A DNA stretch of 62,875 nt, counting the filler, from Welwitschia mirabilis (Eukaryota), in NCBI GenBank assembly GCA_051453625.1. It is 5 parts of one record of this genome, joined end to end, with 100 filler letters (N's around TTAATTAATTAA, not from the genome) between each part and the next. Parts side by side here need not be neighbours in the genome. Positions count along the whole stretch, not along the records: positions 1 to 21,343 come from JBOZIK010000001.1; 4 more parts are not named here. One strand, 5' to 3'. Numbering within the stretch: position 1 is the first letter of the stretch; each line of letters opens with the position of its first letter. Under the pieces are notes generated by a model. That model saw only the letters and a list, made by a program, of their open reading frames with translations. It was not told where the DNA came from and searched no databases. The position numbers and the translations under genes are program-made. This document shows positions 1 to 13,201 of this stretch, piece after piece.

Positions 1-3000
1 TTGAGAGAACTTCATTTGAGGGTCCAAAAATTATGTCATCTCCATAAATTTAAATGAAAATAAAGTTCTTTTATGGATTTTTGAGAAACATTGTTTTATC
101 TATAGTTTCACAAGTATAACCATTTGCATTGAGAAATGTAACTAGTTTTTCATACCAAGCCCTTGGAGCTTGTTTTAATCCATACAAGGCCTTTTTGAGT
201 TTATACACATAGTTTGGTTTGTGTGGATCCATGAAACCTTGTGATTGTTCCACATAAACTTCTTCATTAAGAATTCTATTTATAAAGAAACTTTTCACAT
301 CCATCTAATAAAATTTAATGTTCTTAAAGGCTACATATTATAGAAACATTTTAATACTATCTATCCTAGCTATTAGATAAAAAGTATCATTTACATCTAT
401 TCCTTTAATTTGAGTACCCTTCTNNNNNNNNNNACTAATCTTGCTTTATTCTTAACCACATCATTTTCTTTATTACACTTGTGTTTAAAAATCCATTTTT
501 TTCCAATAACATTTTACTCTTTTGGTATTTCAATAAGTTTTTACACATCATTTCTTTTGAATTTTTGAAGCTTATCTTACATAGCCAACATCTATTCTTT
601 GTGAGATTTTACCTCTTCAAACTTTTTAGGTTCAATTTGAGAGACATAAAAAATGTAGGCACAAAATTTTTTAAGAAAGTTCCTTATTCAAATCTTTGAG
701 ATAACATCTCTAATTATGGACTCTAAAGGATGATATTTTATCTCTTTAAACATTTTGGAAGTAACCTCTTAAGTTGGCTCTTATTCCTTTTTGGTTGGAC
801 TTTCTTTTATTGTGGAACTACTTGGAGTTAGGTTTTCTTCACCATTTGAAGGAAGAAGTCTTATGCTATAATCATCTATTTGAACATTTATAGATTATTA
901 CATAGTTAGAATTTATTTGTTAAATACTCGATATTCTCTACTTATAGTTGAGTATCCAAAAAAAATTACGTCATTAGCCTTTGACTCAAGTTTACTCAAG
1001 TATTTTCTATTTTTTAATGCAAACCACTTATTCTCAAAGACTTTAAAATATGGAACATTTGGTTTTATTCCTTTTAAAGATCATAGAAAGTCTTATTCAT
1101 TCCTGGTCTTAGGTAGACTCTATTTATAATCTAGCAAGCAGTGCTTACTGCTTCAGCCTAGAAAATTTAGAAATCTCTTTATCATTTAACATTTTTCTAG
1201 CCATTTCTTAAAGGACTTGGTTTTTTATCTTAGCAATTTTGTTATGTTGGGGAGTCTTTAGGGCTAAGAACTGAAGTTCTATACCCTTGTCTACATGATA
1301 CTTTTTAAAAAGATGGTTTTCAAATTATCCTTCATGATCACTTCTAATTTTCTTAATGATGTATCCTTTCTTCTTTTGGATTTTGTGGCAAATTTATATG
1401 TTTTAGCTTTGTTTCCTAGAAAAGCAACCCAAGTAAATCTAGAATAGTTATCAACCACAGTCAAAAAATATTGTTTACCTTCTAGACTTTTTGTTTGGAA
1501 TGGACTCACTAAGTCCATGTAAGTAAGTATAAGTGGCAGTGTTGTGGAGACTAGATTTTTACTTTTGTAGGAAGTCTGAACTTGTTTTTCTTTTTGACAT
1601 ACATTACAAAGCCCATGTTTTTTAATGTTAATCTTGGAAATTCTCTTTGCAATTTTTTTTTTAATAATTAGCTTAAGATGATTGTAATTTATGTGTCCTA
1701 AATATTGATGCCATAGTTCTTCTTGATTTACATGACAAAAATAACATGTAGATAAAGACTGATCAATACTATAAACATTACCTATTCTATTTATCTTAAT
1801 AAGAACATCATTCATTTTTCCATGTCTAACTTTACACCTTTTACTATCAAACATAAATTTTTTTCCTTTATCATATGTTTAACTAATACTAAGTAAATTA
1901 TGCTTAAGGACATTAACATATAAAACCTCATTTATCTTAGGCATGTTACCTCCACCAATGTTTCTAATTCCTTTGATCTTTGCTATTCCATTATTAACAA
2001 ATGTAACTTCTCCTCCATTGAAGTCATTTAAGTGTTCAAATTTTGACTTATCACTTATCATGTATTGAGAGTAATCACCAACCAAGTACTAACTAGTTCC
2101 ATTTGATACCTTAAAAGTTGTTTGGATTAAAAGACTTTTTAAATTGTTAGCTGTTATCCACTTAATCCTTTTAAAGTGTTGTGGTATACATCCCCTTAGA
2201 ATAAATTTAAAAGTAAANNNNNNNNNNNNNNNNNNNNNNNNNNNNNNNNNNNNNNNNNNNNNNNNNNNNNNNNNNNNNNNNNNNNNNNNNNNNNNNNNNN
2301 NNNNNNNNNNNNNNNNNAAATATTGTTTACCTTCTAGACTTTTTGTTTGAGTTAGATCAACCAAGTCTATGAGAATAAGTTCAAGAGGCATTGTTATAGA
2401 GACTAAATTTTTACTTTTGTGGGAAGTCCTAAATTGTTTCCCTTTTTGAAACGCATTAAAAAGTACATATTTTTCAATGTTAATCTTGGAGATTCCTTTT
2501 ACAATTTCCTTTTTAATAATTATTTTAACATAATCATAGTTTGCATGTCCTAATCGTTGATGCCATAGTTCTTCTTAATTTACATTATAAAACTAACATG
2601 TAGATAGAGACTGATCAATGCTGTAAACATTATCTATTCTATTTTTCTTAAAAAGAATATCATTTATTTTTCCATGTCTAACTTCATATTATTTACTATA
2701 AAAATTGACCTTATGACCTTTATCATAGATGTTACTAATACTAAGCAAATTATGCTTAAGACTATTTATATATAAAACTTTATTAATCTTAGGTGTATTA
2801 CCTCCATCAATGCTTCCAATTCCTTTGATCTTTACTCTTCCATTATCACCAATTTAACTTCTCCTTTACCAAAGTAATTTAGATGTTAGACTCTTATCAC
2901 CTAACATGTATTGAGAGCAACCACTATCCAAATATTAGCTAGTTCCATTTGATACCTTAAAAGCTTTTTGGATTAAAATACTTTTTAAATTGTTAGCTCT

Positions 3001-4607
3001 TACCTACTTAGTCCATTTGGACTATTGTGGTATACATCCCCTTTGGAAAAATTTAAAAGAATAAGTACTAATAGAATTTGAAAAGAGAATTAACTTTCTG
3101 GCATTGCAAAATAATTTAGAATGACTTAATTTTTTACAAAAATGATATGCAATTTTTAACATAAAATTATTTTTCCATGTTACTTAATTCAACCGATTTT
3201 GAGGCTTTTGAGAGACAAATCTAATATCTTTCTTGGAATGAAGTAGTCTTCGTATCCCAAGCATCTATTTCAATTTATTTAAACTATTTGAAAATTTATT
3301 TATAAAATGAAACAAGATTTTTACCTCTTGAGTAAGTTCAGAGTTTTCAGTTTAAACCATCTTGTACTTTGTCTCCAACTCTTCCTTTTCATTGGTTATA
3401 ACCTTTACTATCTTATTTAGATCATTGATTCGCTTTTCCAATTTTTCACATTCTAAGTAAAGCTCTTAACATATATCTTCAAGCTCCTTTTGATATTCTT
3501 TAATAAGATCTAGATCATATGGTTATGATGAGTAAGGCATGTTCTTTATGAGAGGGACTATTGCCATGAAAGAATGTTTTCAGTCTCCATCTGATTCTTG
3601 AATTAATCTACTATCATTTTCTTCATCTACATCATTTCATGTGGTAATGAAGGATGATGTTTTTTATTTCCTCTAGTTTCTTCTATTATTTAGACATTCG
3701 TTTTCAAAATGTTCATATCCTTTACAAGCATAGCATTAGATCTTCTTTTCTTTTTCTTGATCTCTTATGAGTTTGAAATGACTCCTTTTTGATCCTCTGC
3801 TTGATTCACCTTCTTTCTTTCTTCTATGTAAGAACTTTTTGGAATCTTCTTGACAAAAGAGCAATCTCATCTTCATCAAGATCTTCATCTAATTTTTTAG
3901 ATTGATATTCTTCTTGCACACTTTTTAAAGGAAAACTTTTCCTTTTATCTTTAATAAATTTCAAATCACAAGTTTGAAGATTACTTTGAAGTTCCTTAAG
4001 TACCATTTGATTGATGTACTTGCTTTCTTTAATGGCTATGACCTTTGGCTCAAAGCATTTTAGGAGGAATCTTAGAACTTTTTAAATAACCTTTCTTTCA
4101 TCCATTCTCTTGCCTAGACTTACCATAGAATTTACAATATCTATTAGTCTAGAAAATAACTCTTGAAAAGTCTCGTCATATTCCATGCGAATATTTTTAA
4201 ACTTGGAAATAAGCATTTATAGCTTTGCTTATTTTATAGTAGATGTTTCTTTATGTGCTATTTCAAGAATATCCCAAGCTTCTTTGGTGTGTTCACAGTT
4301 CATGATGCTTTTAAATTCATCTACACATACTACACAAAAAATTACATTAAAAACACAGGCATCTATGGTAGCCTTGACTTTGTTGGTGAGGGTCCAATGA
4401 TTTTGAGATTTTTCTACAACTATGGTGGCTCCATTTATATTGGTTTTGGATAGTGTAGGCATGATGTGTTCATCGTAGATTACCTCCTTTATGTCAACAT
4501 CTAAAGATATAAGAAATATTCTTATACAGGCCTTTCAATAGGCATAGTTTATCCTATCAAACATGGGTGATCTTCCAACAGAAAAGCCATCTAAAGTATT
4601 GCTCACA
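1..4607 (-). pseudogene. SIRE gag-pol polyprotein with many stops and frameshifts
   Basis: ORF fragments 4229-4462 and 3824-4006 (gag), 1879-2085 (protease), 1291-1854 (integrase N-terminus), 71-304 (RT); a decayed YxDD-like motif (IYGDDIIFG) near 20-50. Confidence 0.9.
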
Positions 4608-4672
4608 TTTAGGGTTTAGAAGTTTAGATCTGATAGGATCTACCAATAACTCTATTCTACTTTGATACTGAA

Positions 4673-5934
4673 TGAAGGATCTAGAACCCTGGGGGGCTGA
4701 ATAGGATTTAAAAAATAAAGAACCTCAAATGCTATCTTCACAAATATTAAAAACTAAAAGATATTTGTGGATATGTAATACAAAAATTATTCTGAAAGAA
4801 AGATAACTAAAAGCACAAAATAGCAATAAAGGTAGACCTATGATTTATAGTGGTTCAGGAAACCTTCTACTCCACTCTTGATGATCAGCTTTTATCCAAG
4901 CCTAATTTAGATGTTTGTTAATCACTTTCTAGGTATTCTAGATTTACCTGTAATCTTTTACAATCAAACTTTTCAGAAGCTTAGTCTTAACCATTAGAAA
5001 AAATGCTATTTGATGATAATAGTATGATGCAATGCACAGGTTCCACCAGATTTGGAGTACAACAATGATATTATTACACTGCTTGAAATGATAATACAAT
5101 TCATGTACATATAGTGCAAACTGATTGACCAAGTATAATGATCATAAAAGATGTTTATTCATATTTGATCAAATATAAGATATGCCAAAAGTCATTCAAA
5201 AAATTCAGACAATGATTTTGATAGATGACAAATATATAAGAGAAACATTTTAGGGTTTTACTAGTGAAATAGATTCTCTAATAGATAAAAATGAAAGGCC
5301 AAATAATAAGAAAAATGCCATTTCTATTATAATTGGTTGACTCCTTGAAATGTCTGATTGACCTCATTAAGTTCCATTACTAAATTTGATTGTCCCCATC
5401 TTCTTTCAATTGACCCAAGCTTTCTATGTCTCCATTTCTGGTTAATCCCTTAGGATCTGACCAACTACATATTTGGTTGATTGTATTTTGGTCTAGTTGA
5501 TTCTATGTGTATGAAAGTATAAAACAACATTTTTAAACCAGATCTGATTAATTCCTTAAGTATCTAATTAATCCCTTAATTAAAAAAGATTAAAAAATTT
5601 CATTCTATGTTTGATTGACCCCTCAGGAATCTGGTTGATCCCTTGATGATTAGATATGATAAATTAATTGCACTGGTCTAGTTAATCCCTTAGGAATCCA
5701 GTCAACCCCTTAGTAATCTGTCTTTAATACTTCTTCGTATGGGTTCAGTCGATCCATTAGGAATATGGTCCACCTCTTTAAGGGTTTGAAACTTGTCAGG
5801 TTTAGATAAGATTTGTGATAAATGATTGTAGCTTTTGACCTATAAGGATTAATATTTTTGCAAAGAATATGACACATTTTGCTAAAAACAAAAAATAGTA
5901 GTTTGACATCAACTTGGCAAATTATAAGTCAACA
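4673..5934 (-). repeat. 5' LTR of SIRE element 1 (~1.26 kb, TG...CA)
   Basis: The minus strand starts TGTTGACTTATAATTTGCCAAGTTGATGTCAAAC, matching the LTR start at 29783, and ends GGGTTCTAGATCCTTCA, matching 31403-31420. It is followed by a decayed tRNA-iMet PBS (CAGTATCAAAG) at ~4660-4670. Confidence 0.88.
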
Positions 5935-5939
5935 GTATT

Positions 5940-8900
5940 GAGTTTAAAGATCAGAGTTCTTACAGAGCCATTGGAGTGTACCCTTTCCACATGACAAGGA
6001 CCAAGCCATTTAGAGGTCAACTTGTCATGTAAAAGATGTACTCAAGTATTATACAAAATTATGAATTGACCTAGTTTAAATGATTTATGGAAAAGCTTTT
6101 TATCATGATGAAATTAGGCTTGGGCTTTCTAGACGAATTGTCTATGGATAGCACTCATTCTTTTTTCATCAAGATGTTAAAGTTGTACTAAATGATACTA
6201 AAAATTCTCCTCATGATTTAACATATTAAATTGATGGATAGTATGATAAGAGTTATATCAAACATTAATAGGTAGAATACATGTTTTTCCATATACACGT
6301 TTATAAGGTGAAAATCCAAGTAAATCATGCCAAGTAGTATGATAAGCCTATATCACATCATTAAGTTTGAGAGACCAAGATTTCTTATTTTTGAAAATAA
6401 GTTTCTAGTGTACCTTCTTAATATCTCTATTAGCATCCTTAGCTTGATCATTTATTTGAGGGTGATAGGCACTTTCAATTCTATGTTCAATTCCTAGAAA
6501 AGGAGAAGTTTAATAAGAACCTTATTAATGAAGTGGGTACCTTGATCATTAATTAAGATTCTAGAAAAATCAAACCTATGAAAGATATTAGATTTTATAA
6601 AGAAACACATGGATTTGACATCATTAGTTTAGGAAGGAAATGCTTCAACCCATTTCGTAACATAGTCTATAGTTACCAAGATGTAATTCTTGTTGTAAGA
6701 AGATGGTCTAAGAGGGCATATAAACTCTATACCTAAAAATTAAAAGGTTCACATTTAAGAATAGGTTGTAAGGACATATCATAAGATTTGGTTAGGCAAA
6801 ATTTTAACATGTATTACATCCTCATGCATAATTAAAAGAGTCTTTAGAAACGGTAGGCTAATAGAATCTAGCATAAAGGATTTTGATGTCTATCTTTTAG
6901 CCACTAAAGTGACCTCCATAGATACCATCATGGAAAAGGAAAAGAATGTGAAGTTGTTGCCATTTCGGCATATACTTACACATGATTTGATATTTACATC
7001 TTTAGCAGAGGTGTGGCTCATTCCATTCTTAATCCCCTATTTTATGAAGAAAATATTTTCTTTGATTAGAAGTACAATGTTGGAGGGTTTTAAAAGTGAT
7101 AAGATAGTTCATAACATCTACATACCAAGGAGCAAGATGTTAAGAGGATATAGCATATAAATCATGGATATGAAATAATTGTTCATCAAGAAAAGAATTC
7201 TCAATAGGAAGATTAGAAGAGAAATGTAAAGGGTTCCATTATTGAGGAATTTTTGAAAGATGATTAACAACATAATTATGTTTACCTTCTTTATCTATGA
7301 TAATTAAGTTGAATTCTTGCATGAGAAGTATTCATCAAATAAGTCTAGAACTCGAATCCTTTTTTGTCATAGGATAGTAAATGGATGCATGATCAGTGTA
7401 GACATTGGTGTGAAAGTTAAGAAGGTAATGTCTTAGTTTGTTAAGGTAAAAGTAATAGCAAACATTTCTTTTTTGATGGTGATAGAGTTTAATTGAGCTC
7501 TTGAAAGGGTTTTACTAATATAAGTAATAACTTTGTATTCCTTTTAATGTTTTTATCCTAAAAATTTCTTTATAACAATATTACTAGCATCACACATTAA
7601 CTTAAAATATATGGTCCAATTGAGTCCTCCTATAATGGGTTTGGTAGTTATNNNNNNNNNNNNNNNNNNNNNNNNNNNNNNNNNNNNNNNNNNNNNNNNN
7701 NNNNNNNNNNNNNNNNNNNNNNNNNNNNNNNNNNNNNNNNNNNNNNNNNNNTTCATGTTTTTATTCTAAAACTCCACCTACGACAATATTGCTAGCATCA
7801 TATATTAAGTCAACATCTATGGTCTAATAGGGTCCTCCTATAATGGGTTTAGAAGTTATTTTGTCCTTAAGATTTTCGAAGGCATTTTGACAATCTTCAC
7901 TCAAATCAAACTTGGCTTCCTTTTCAAGGAGAGAATGAAGAGGTTTGCAAATCTTGACATAGTCCTTAATGAATCTTATATAGAATTTGGCATGGCCAAG
8001 AAAGGATCTCACTTGTTTGACATTAGTTAAAGGAGAAAGGTTCTTGATGATGTCTATCTTGGAGGGGTCCATTCTAATACCATTACAAGAAATGTGGTGA
8101 CTAAGTACAATTCCATCCCTCACAAGGAAATAACTCTTCTCCTAACTAAGATGAATACCACTCTCTATACAATTATTAAGGAGTTTTCTAATCTTTATAA
8201 GATTTGTTTAAAAAAGTTACCAAAGAGAGAAAAATCATCCATAAATATCTCAATAGAATCTTCAATCATATCTGAAAAAATACGCATCATGGATTCTTAA
8301 AAGATTCTTAGAGCATCACATAGGCCAAAGAACATTCTTTTAAAGGTAAAAGAATTAAAAGAATATGTGAAGGTTTTCCTAAATTGATCTTCATTAGTAA
8401 TGCACACTTGGTTATAACCACTATATCCATCAAGGAAGCTATAGTAAGCATGGCCTTGGATCCTATCAAGAAATTTATCAAGAAAAACCAATAATAATCT
8501 TTCTTGATTACATCATTGAGTTTCCTAAAATTAATGCATGCTCATCAGTTTTCTACCCTTTTGGGTACTATGGTAATAGGGCTAACCCATTCACCATTTA
8601 AAACAGCATATATAATACTTGCATCTATAAGTTTAATGATTTCGTCCTTGACAACTTTCTTAATGGTAGGATTAAGTCTTTTTTGAGGTTGCCTAATGGG
8701 TTTAGCATTGTCCTCTAGGTGAATCTTATATTGAATAATATGAGGAGGAATAGCATTAAGATCTTTATGAGTTCAAACAAAAGATTCCATTTTTAAAGTA
8801 AGAAGTTAAATCAAGGCTTTTTCTTAAATAAGATGTTATTGAAAACTAGTGTTCAATAGCTTGTTAGTATTTTTATTTAAAAAAATGTATTTCAAACCAT

Positions 8901-11523
8901 TGGGTAAGTCTTTAAGCTTTAAAAATCATTTTAATCCTTTATGATTATGGAACTCCATCTTGATGTAAAAAATTTTCAATGGATCTTACATGTTGGATAT
9001 CATGATCAAGTATAGATTCAAAGTCTTCATGAAAATCATCATTGGAGAAGTGGCTTAAGAGATCTTAGTTGAGGTTGTAAGGATTGGAGGAGTTTAAAGA
9101 TATAAGAATAATAGAAGATTCCTCCTCATCATCAAACAAGGTAGGGTTATATATTGAAGGAGCCTCTCTTCCAAAGGATGATGTTGAACTAACATAGACA
9201 ACCCAATATTTTCTTCTATGTCTAATACATCTTCCATGTATTTATCAGTAGCATTGAATACTTTAATACTAAACTTTTTATTACCTATATAACACTTCAT
9301 CATCCTCATGGGAGTATCAATAACACAATTTGTTGTTGCAAAAAAGGCTCTTCCTAAAAGTAGAGGGCATCCTCCATTATGGTTGACCTTAATGATGATC
9401 AAATCTATGGGGTAGAAATCCTTCTCAATTTGGATCAATAAGTCTNNNNNNNNNNTCTTTGATTATCCCTATAGGTATTTTAATTATTACATCAACTAAT
9501 TCCAAAACTTTTCTAGTAGGTTCAATCCTTTCTTCTAATTTAAACTTTATACAGATGTGCAAAGGCATAATATTAACACTTGCACCTATGTCTATTAAGG
9601 ATTTTTTTGATTTTCTTATTTTCTTCCAAAAAAACACAAATACTAACTGCCCTTAGATTTTTAAACTTAGAAGATTTTTAAGAAACCAAGTTAGAAAGGG
9701 ATTTTGCAATGAACACTTTACTTGGGATTGTCCTATTTTATTTTCTTCTTACTAAGTTCTTCCAAATTTTGATGTACCTTAGGTTATCTTGAAGGATCTT
9801 TTAAAAGGATAAATTAATAGTGACATCATTGATAATTACGTTTAAATACTTATCATAAGTTGGATTGATGTTCAATCTATCCATCCATTGGGTGGTCTTC
9901 TTTTTTGGATGTTGGTGGTTGTTATTGGATTTAGAGTTAAGAGTAAGAGGAAGGTTTGATTGTTCAAGAATGTCAACATCATCATCTTGAGGTACTTCCT
10001 TATCTTTATGGGAAGAAGTTGAGGGTTCTTCATGAGGAGTAGTATCATGTCCACTTCTAGTAACTACTTTCCAATCTTTTTTCATATCATTTGGGTTTTG
10101 AATAGTTTGGGTGGCAAGTAATCCTTCAGGCCTTTGATTTCATAGCATGTTTTGTTAAAGGAGCAAACCAAATTTTCTAAGTTCTTATTCTAGTTTTATA
10201 GGATTTCATTAGTGGTATCCTATATCATTTTGAGTTCTTCCATCATTTCTCTACAAGAGTCATTTTTATTGTAGTTGGAAAAATTGTGCTGAGAGTTATG
10301 ACTTTTGAATTTGTTATCAAATAAGGGTTTGAAAGATGTTGAAGGTTCATTATTTCATGATGGATATTATTAGTTACCTTCAAAGTTGTTTTGCCTTTGA
10401 TTGAATGCATAAACTTCATTGAACATGGCCTCTTTACTAGTTGGTAAATCAAGGCATTCTTTGATAGGATGAGAGTTTTTATTACATATTTCACAATAGT
10501 TGAGTTGATTTAATACTTTTGCATCAATTAATAATTTTGTATAACTCTCTAAGGTACAAGTAAGATCACTAAGTAGGATGTTAACCTTTTATTACTCTTA
10601 TTTATGTTGCACTTTCTTTGAATCTCTAAGCATTTCACTTATAGTTCTAGTGTCTTTACATATAGCTTTGGACCAAATTTAACTTCTTTCTATAAGATCT
10701 TTTAATAAGTTTCAAGAATCATTTAAGACTAAATTAAGTAAATTTTCACTTCGTGAAAAATATACCATTTGTTTGGCTTGATTATTCAATTTAGTATAGA
10801 AGTGATCATCACGTTCTTCTTTGAAAAACTCATTCACTGGATTGAATGACATGGCTATGAAAAATATTTTGTATGTTGAGAGTAATCTTCATGAGGGTAT
10901 TATTGGAAAGTGATTACCTCATTTCTTCTTATCCTCATAACTATCTCATTCATGAGTCATTTGATAAAGACTTCTTAAACTTGACTCCAACTCCAAAGGC
11001 TTTTGTGTTTGATGGTTTTAAGCCAATTTTTTGCTTTTTCTCTAAGGGTAAAGGAAAAGATGATCATGTAGGTTCTATTTGAAGTTTTGTTTTTTCCATT
11101 TCCTAAAGTAAGGATGAGCTGTTCAATCTCAGCTATGTGATGGAATGGGTTTTCATTAGGTTCTCTAGAAATGGTAGGATAGGCATTAAAGTTTTTTAAC
11201 TCTATTTCATCTCTGGTGGGGAGGTTAAATGTGTTTTAAAGTTTTCTCTTTTTGTTATCTAACATATCCTTTAGAGTGACATTTGAACTAGAGGATTCTA
11301 ATATTTTATGTGAAGATTTGTTGGATACCATAGAGGTAGGAGTATTGGGATGATTAGGCAAAGGAGGAAAGGTGGGATTTTTATTATAAATTGATTGATT
11401 TCCAAAACTTTTCATAGGTTTACGAGTATGAAAACAAAGAATATTAAATGTAGAATAATTGTCTTACTCAACTAAAGAAATAAACTTTTCTTTCTCACTC
11501 TAAGTTCTTGAATTAAAGTCCAT
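5940..11523 (-). pseudogene. Athila gag-PR-RT-RH-INT polyprotein remnant
   Basis: ORF fragments 9425-9637 and 9094-9438 (PR), 8297-8491 and 7824-8123 (RT), 7553-7756 (RT/RH linker); integrase motifs visible on manual translation of 5940-7000. Confidence 0.88.
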
Positions 11524-11990
11524 CAAACTTTCTTTGATTGTTTCTTCAAGGAAATGTCTTTTACAAGCATGCTTGCCTTTGTTGCTATTTATCATTACCC
11601 TATAAAGTCAACTTATGTTACACAAACTTCCTTACATTCAAGTGGCAACAATATCCAGGATCATTAGGATCCCTCAAAGATGCAAGAAGTAGGATACACC
11701 AAATGAATGTGGCAATTACTCAGATCACGTGAAGCACAAAGTGTAGGCTAAGTTTATTGAAAGCAATAATTAATGTGGCAATTACTCAGATCACTTGAAT
11801 GTAAGCACAAAGTGGAGATTATAGTATACAAAAAATTGATAATCAAGTAATTACTTATAGACCAAAAGGTAATCAAGTAATTATAAGTAGATCCAAAAGA
11901 ATAAAATACAACATTACTTAAATAAACAATTTGAAGTGAATTTAAGATACTTACTTAAGTAATGACAATCTTAAATTTTCCTTAAAGTCC

Positions 11991-12008
11991 TTCCTGATAA
12001 TAATGCTA
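11991..12008 (-). promoter_or_regulatory. Primer binding site (tRNA-Asp type), deaminated
   Basis: The minus strand reads TAGCATTATTATCAGGAA versus the Athila PBS TGGCGCCGTTGCCGGGGA. All 9 differences are C>T or G>A, and the site lies 3 nt after an LTR ending ...ACAACA. Confidence 0.8.
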
Positions 12009-12011
12009 AAA

Positions 12012-13156
12012 TGTTGTAATGTGTATTTGTGCTTTTAAAACCAATATTCTAAAGATAAAATTTAACTTATAAAATCTAAAAAGTTAATAATCTAATTACA
12101 CACAATACACATTTGCATGGTGGAATCAACCTAAATGTCATACACTTAGAGAAGACTTCTAAAAAAGAATTTGAAAAATTAATTTCAAAAAGCGAAGAAC
12201 ATATTTTTAGCTTCTTTTCTAGAAAATAAAATCAAACAATGCAAGGTTGAAGATGAAATGCAACGCAATGGAATAAAATGAAATGCAACACAATTTAGAA
12301 TGAATGCAAATATAATATAATTAATTAACCAAATTTCCGATATATTATCACTTAGATTAGTCCTTATAGTCCATATCAATTACAAATTCATGTCACTTTC
12401 ATTGTAATTAAAATAAGTTATAAGGGATAAAAATAAAGCATTTGATAAGAGTTCCAATTCAATCAATATTTTATTAATAAAATTGATGTACATCCACTTA
12501 CAATAACTACTTCTTAATGAAAGATTCATTTCCTAACATCAAGGTAGTTCTTCACATAAGTAGGATGGAACTCCTTGCCATTAATAATCTCTAATCAACA
12601 CAAGAATTTGGATGACAAAAGATGATTTTGAATGAGGCCTAAGAGCATCTATTTAAAGGTTAGAATAGTAAGTTAAGGGTCACTAAGGGGTGTAAAATGA
12701 AGAGGCATAATTAATATTTACCCTTTCGTAATAATTGGATTAGTTTTACAAATTGTTTTATTTGTCATCCTTCATGTCATTCCAATGACATAGTGGACAA
12801 TCATTTCAATGGATAAGTGATGCTTGGCATGTCTTGACCATCCAATCTTTACTAATTGTTATTTTGGTTGTCATCCTAATGACATAGGGGATGACTTTCA
12901 ATCTTGTTCTATTGCTTATTATTTTACAATAAGCATTCCAATGATAAATGAGATGACTATTATTTTGCATCAATCATCCCAATAACATACTAGACAACTA
13001 TTATTTTTCATGAATCATTTCAATAACATAGTAAACAATTAGTTGTTCTTGCTTAACTCCATCTTAATCATGGTGATTTGATCCATCATCATGCAAAAAT
13101 AGCTCCTTGTATTGGAAATTATTGCATTTCATGATCTATATAGAAGCTTTGCATTA
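12012..13156 (-). repeat. 5' LTR of Athila element 1 (~1.15 kb)
   Basis: Ends in CA just before the PBS. The minus-strand start TAATGCA corresponds to TGATGCA of the LTR at 16377, and it shares GAGCTATTTT and decayed GTCGTCC-type motifs with that LTR. Confidence 0.7.
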
Positions 13157-13162
13157 GGGGGG

Positions 13163-13197
<35 letters not shown>
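13157..13197 (+). repeat. G-run plus (GA)n microsatellite
   Basis: Directly visible; abuts the Athila LTR boundary. Confidence 0.95.

Positions 13198-13201
<4 letters not shown>

Larger units (their letters stand above)
1..5934 (-). mobile_element. Ty1/Copia LTR retrotransposon, Sirevirus (SIRE/Maximus) lineage, degenerate; 3' part runs off the window
   Basis: Minus-strand order is LTR (5934-4673), decayed PBS, gag (DGFSVGRSPMFDRINYAY), zinc knuckles, protease, GAG-pre-integrase (LWHQYLGHIN), integrase (LTVVDNYSRFTWVAFL), RT (MDVKS, LYGLKQAPRAWY). Homologous to the element at 21444-31420. Confidence 0.93.
5935..13156 (-). mobile_element. Ty3/Gypsy LTR retrotransposon, Athila lineage, with complete but decayed gag-pol; interrupted by SIRE element 1
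   Basis: Gypsy domain order: gag (~11523-9800), protease (LIDIGASVNIMP; LLLGRAFFAT), RT (YYSFLDGYSGYNQ; VRSFLGHAKFYIRFIKD), RNase H (LMCDASN), integrase ending in KLTSKWLGPCHVERVHSNGS (~5950-6040). Also a tRNA-Asp-type PBS and a 5' LTR. Confidence 0.9.
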
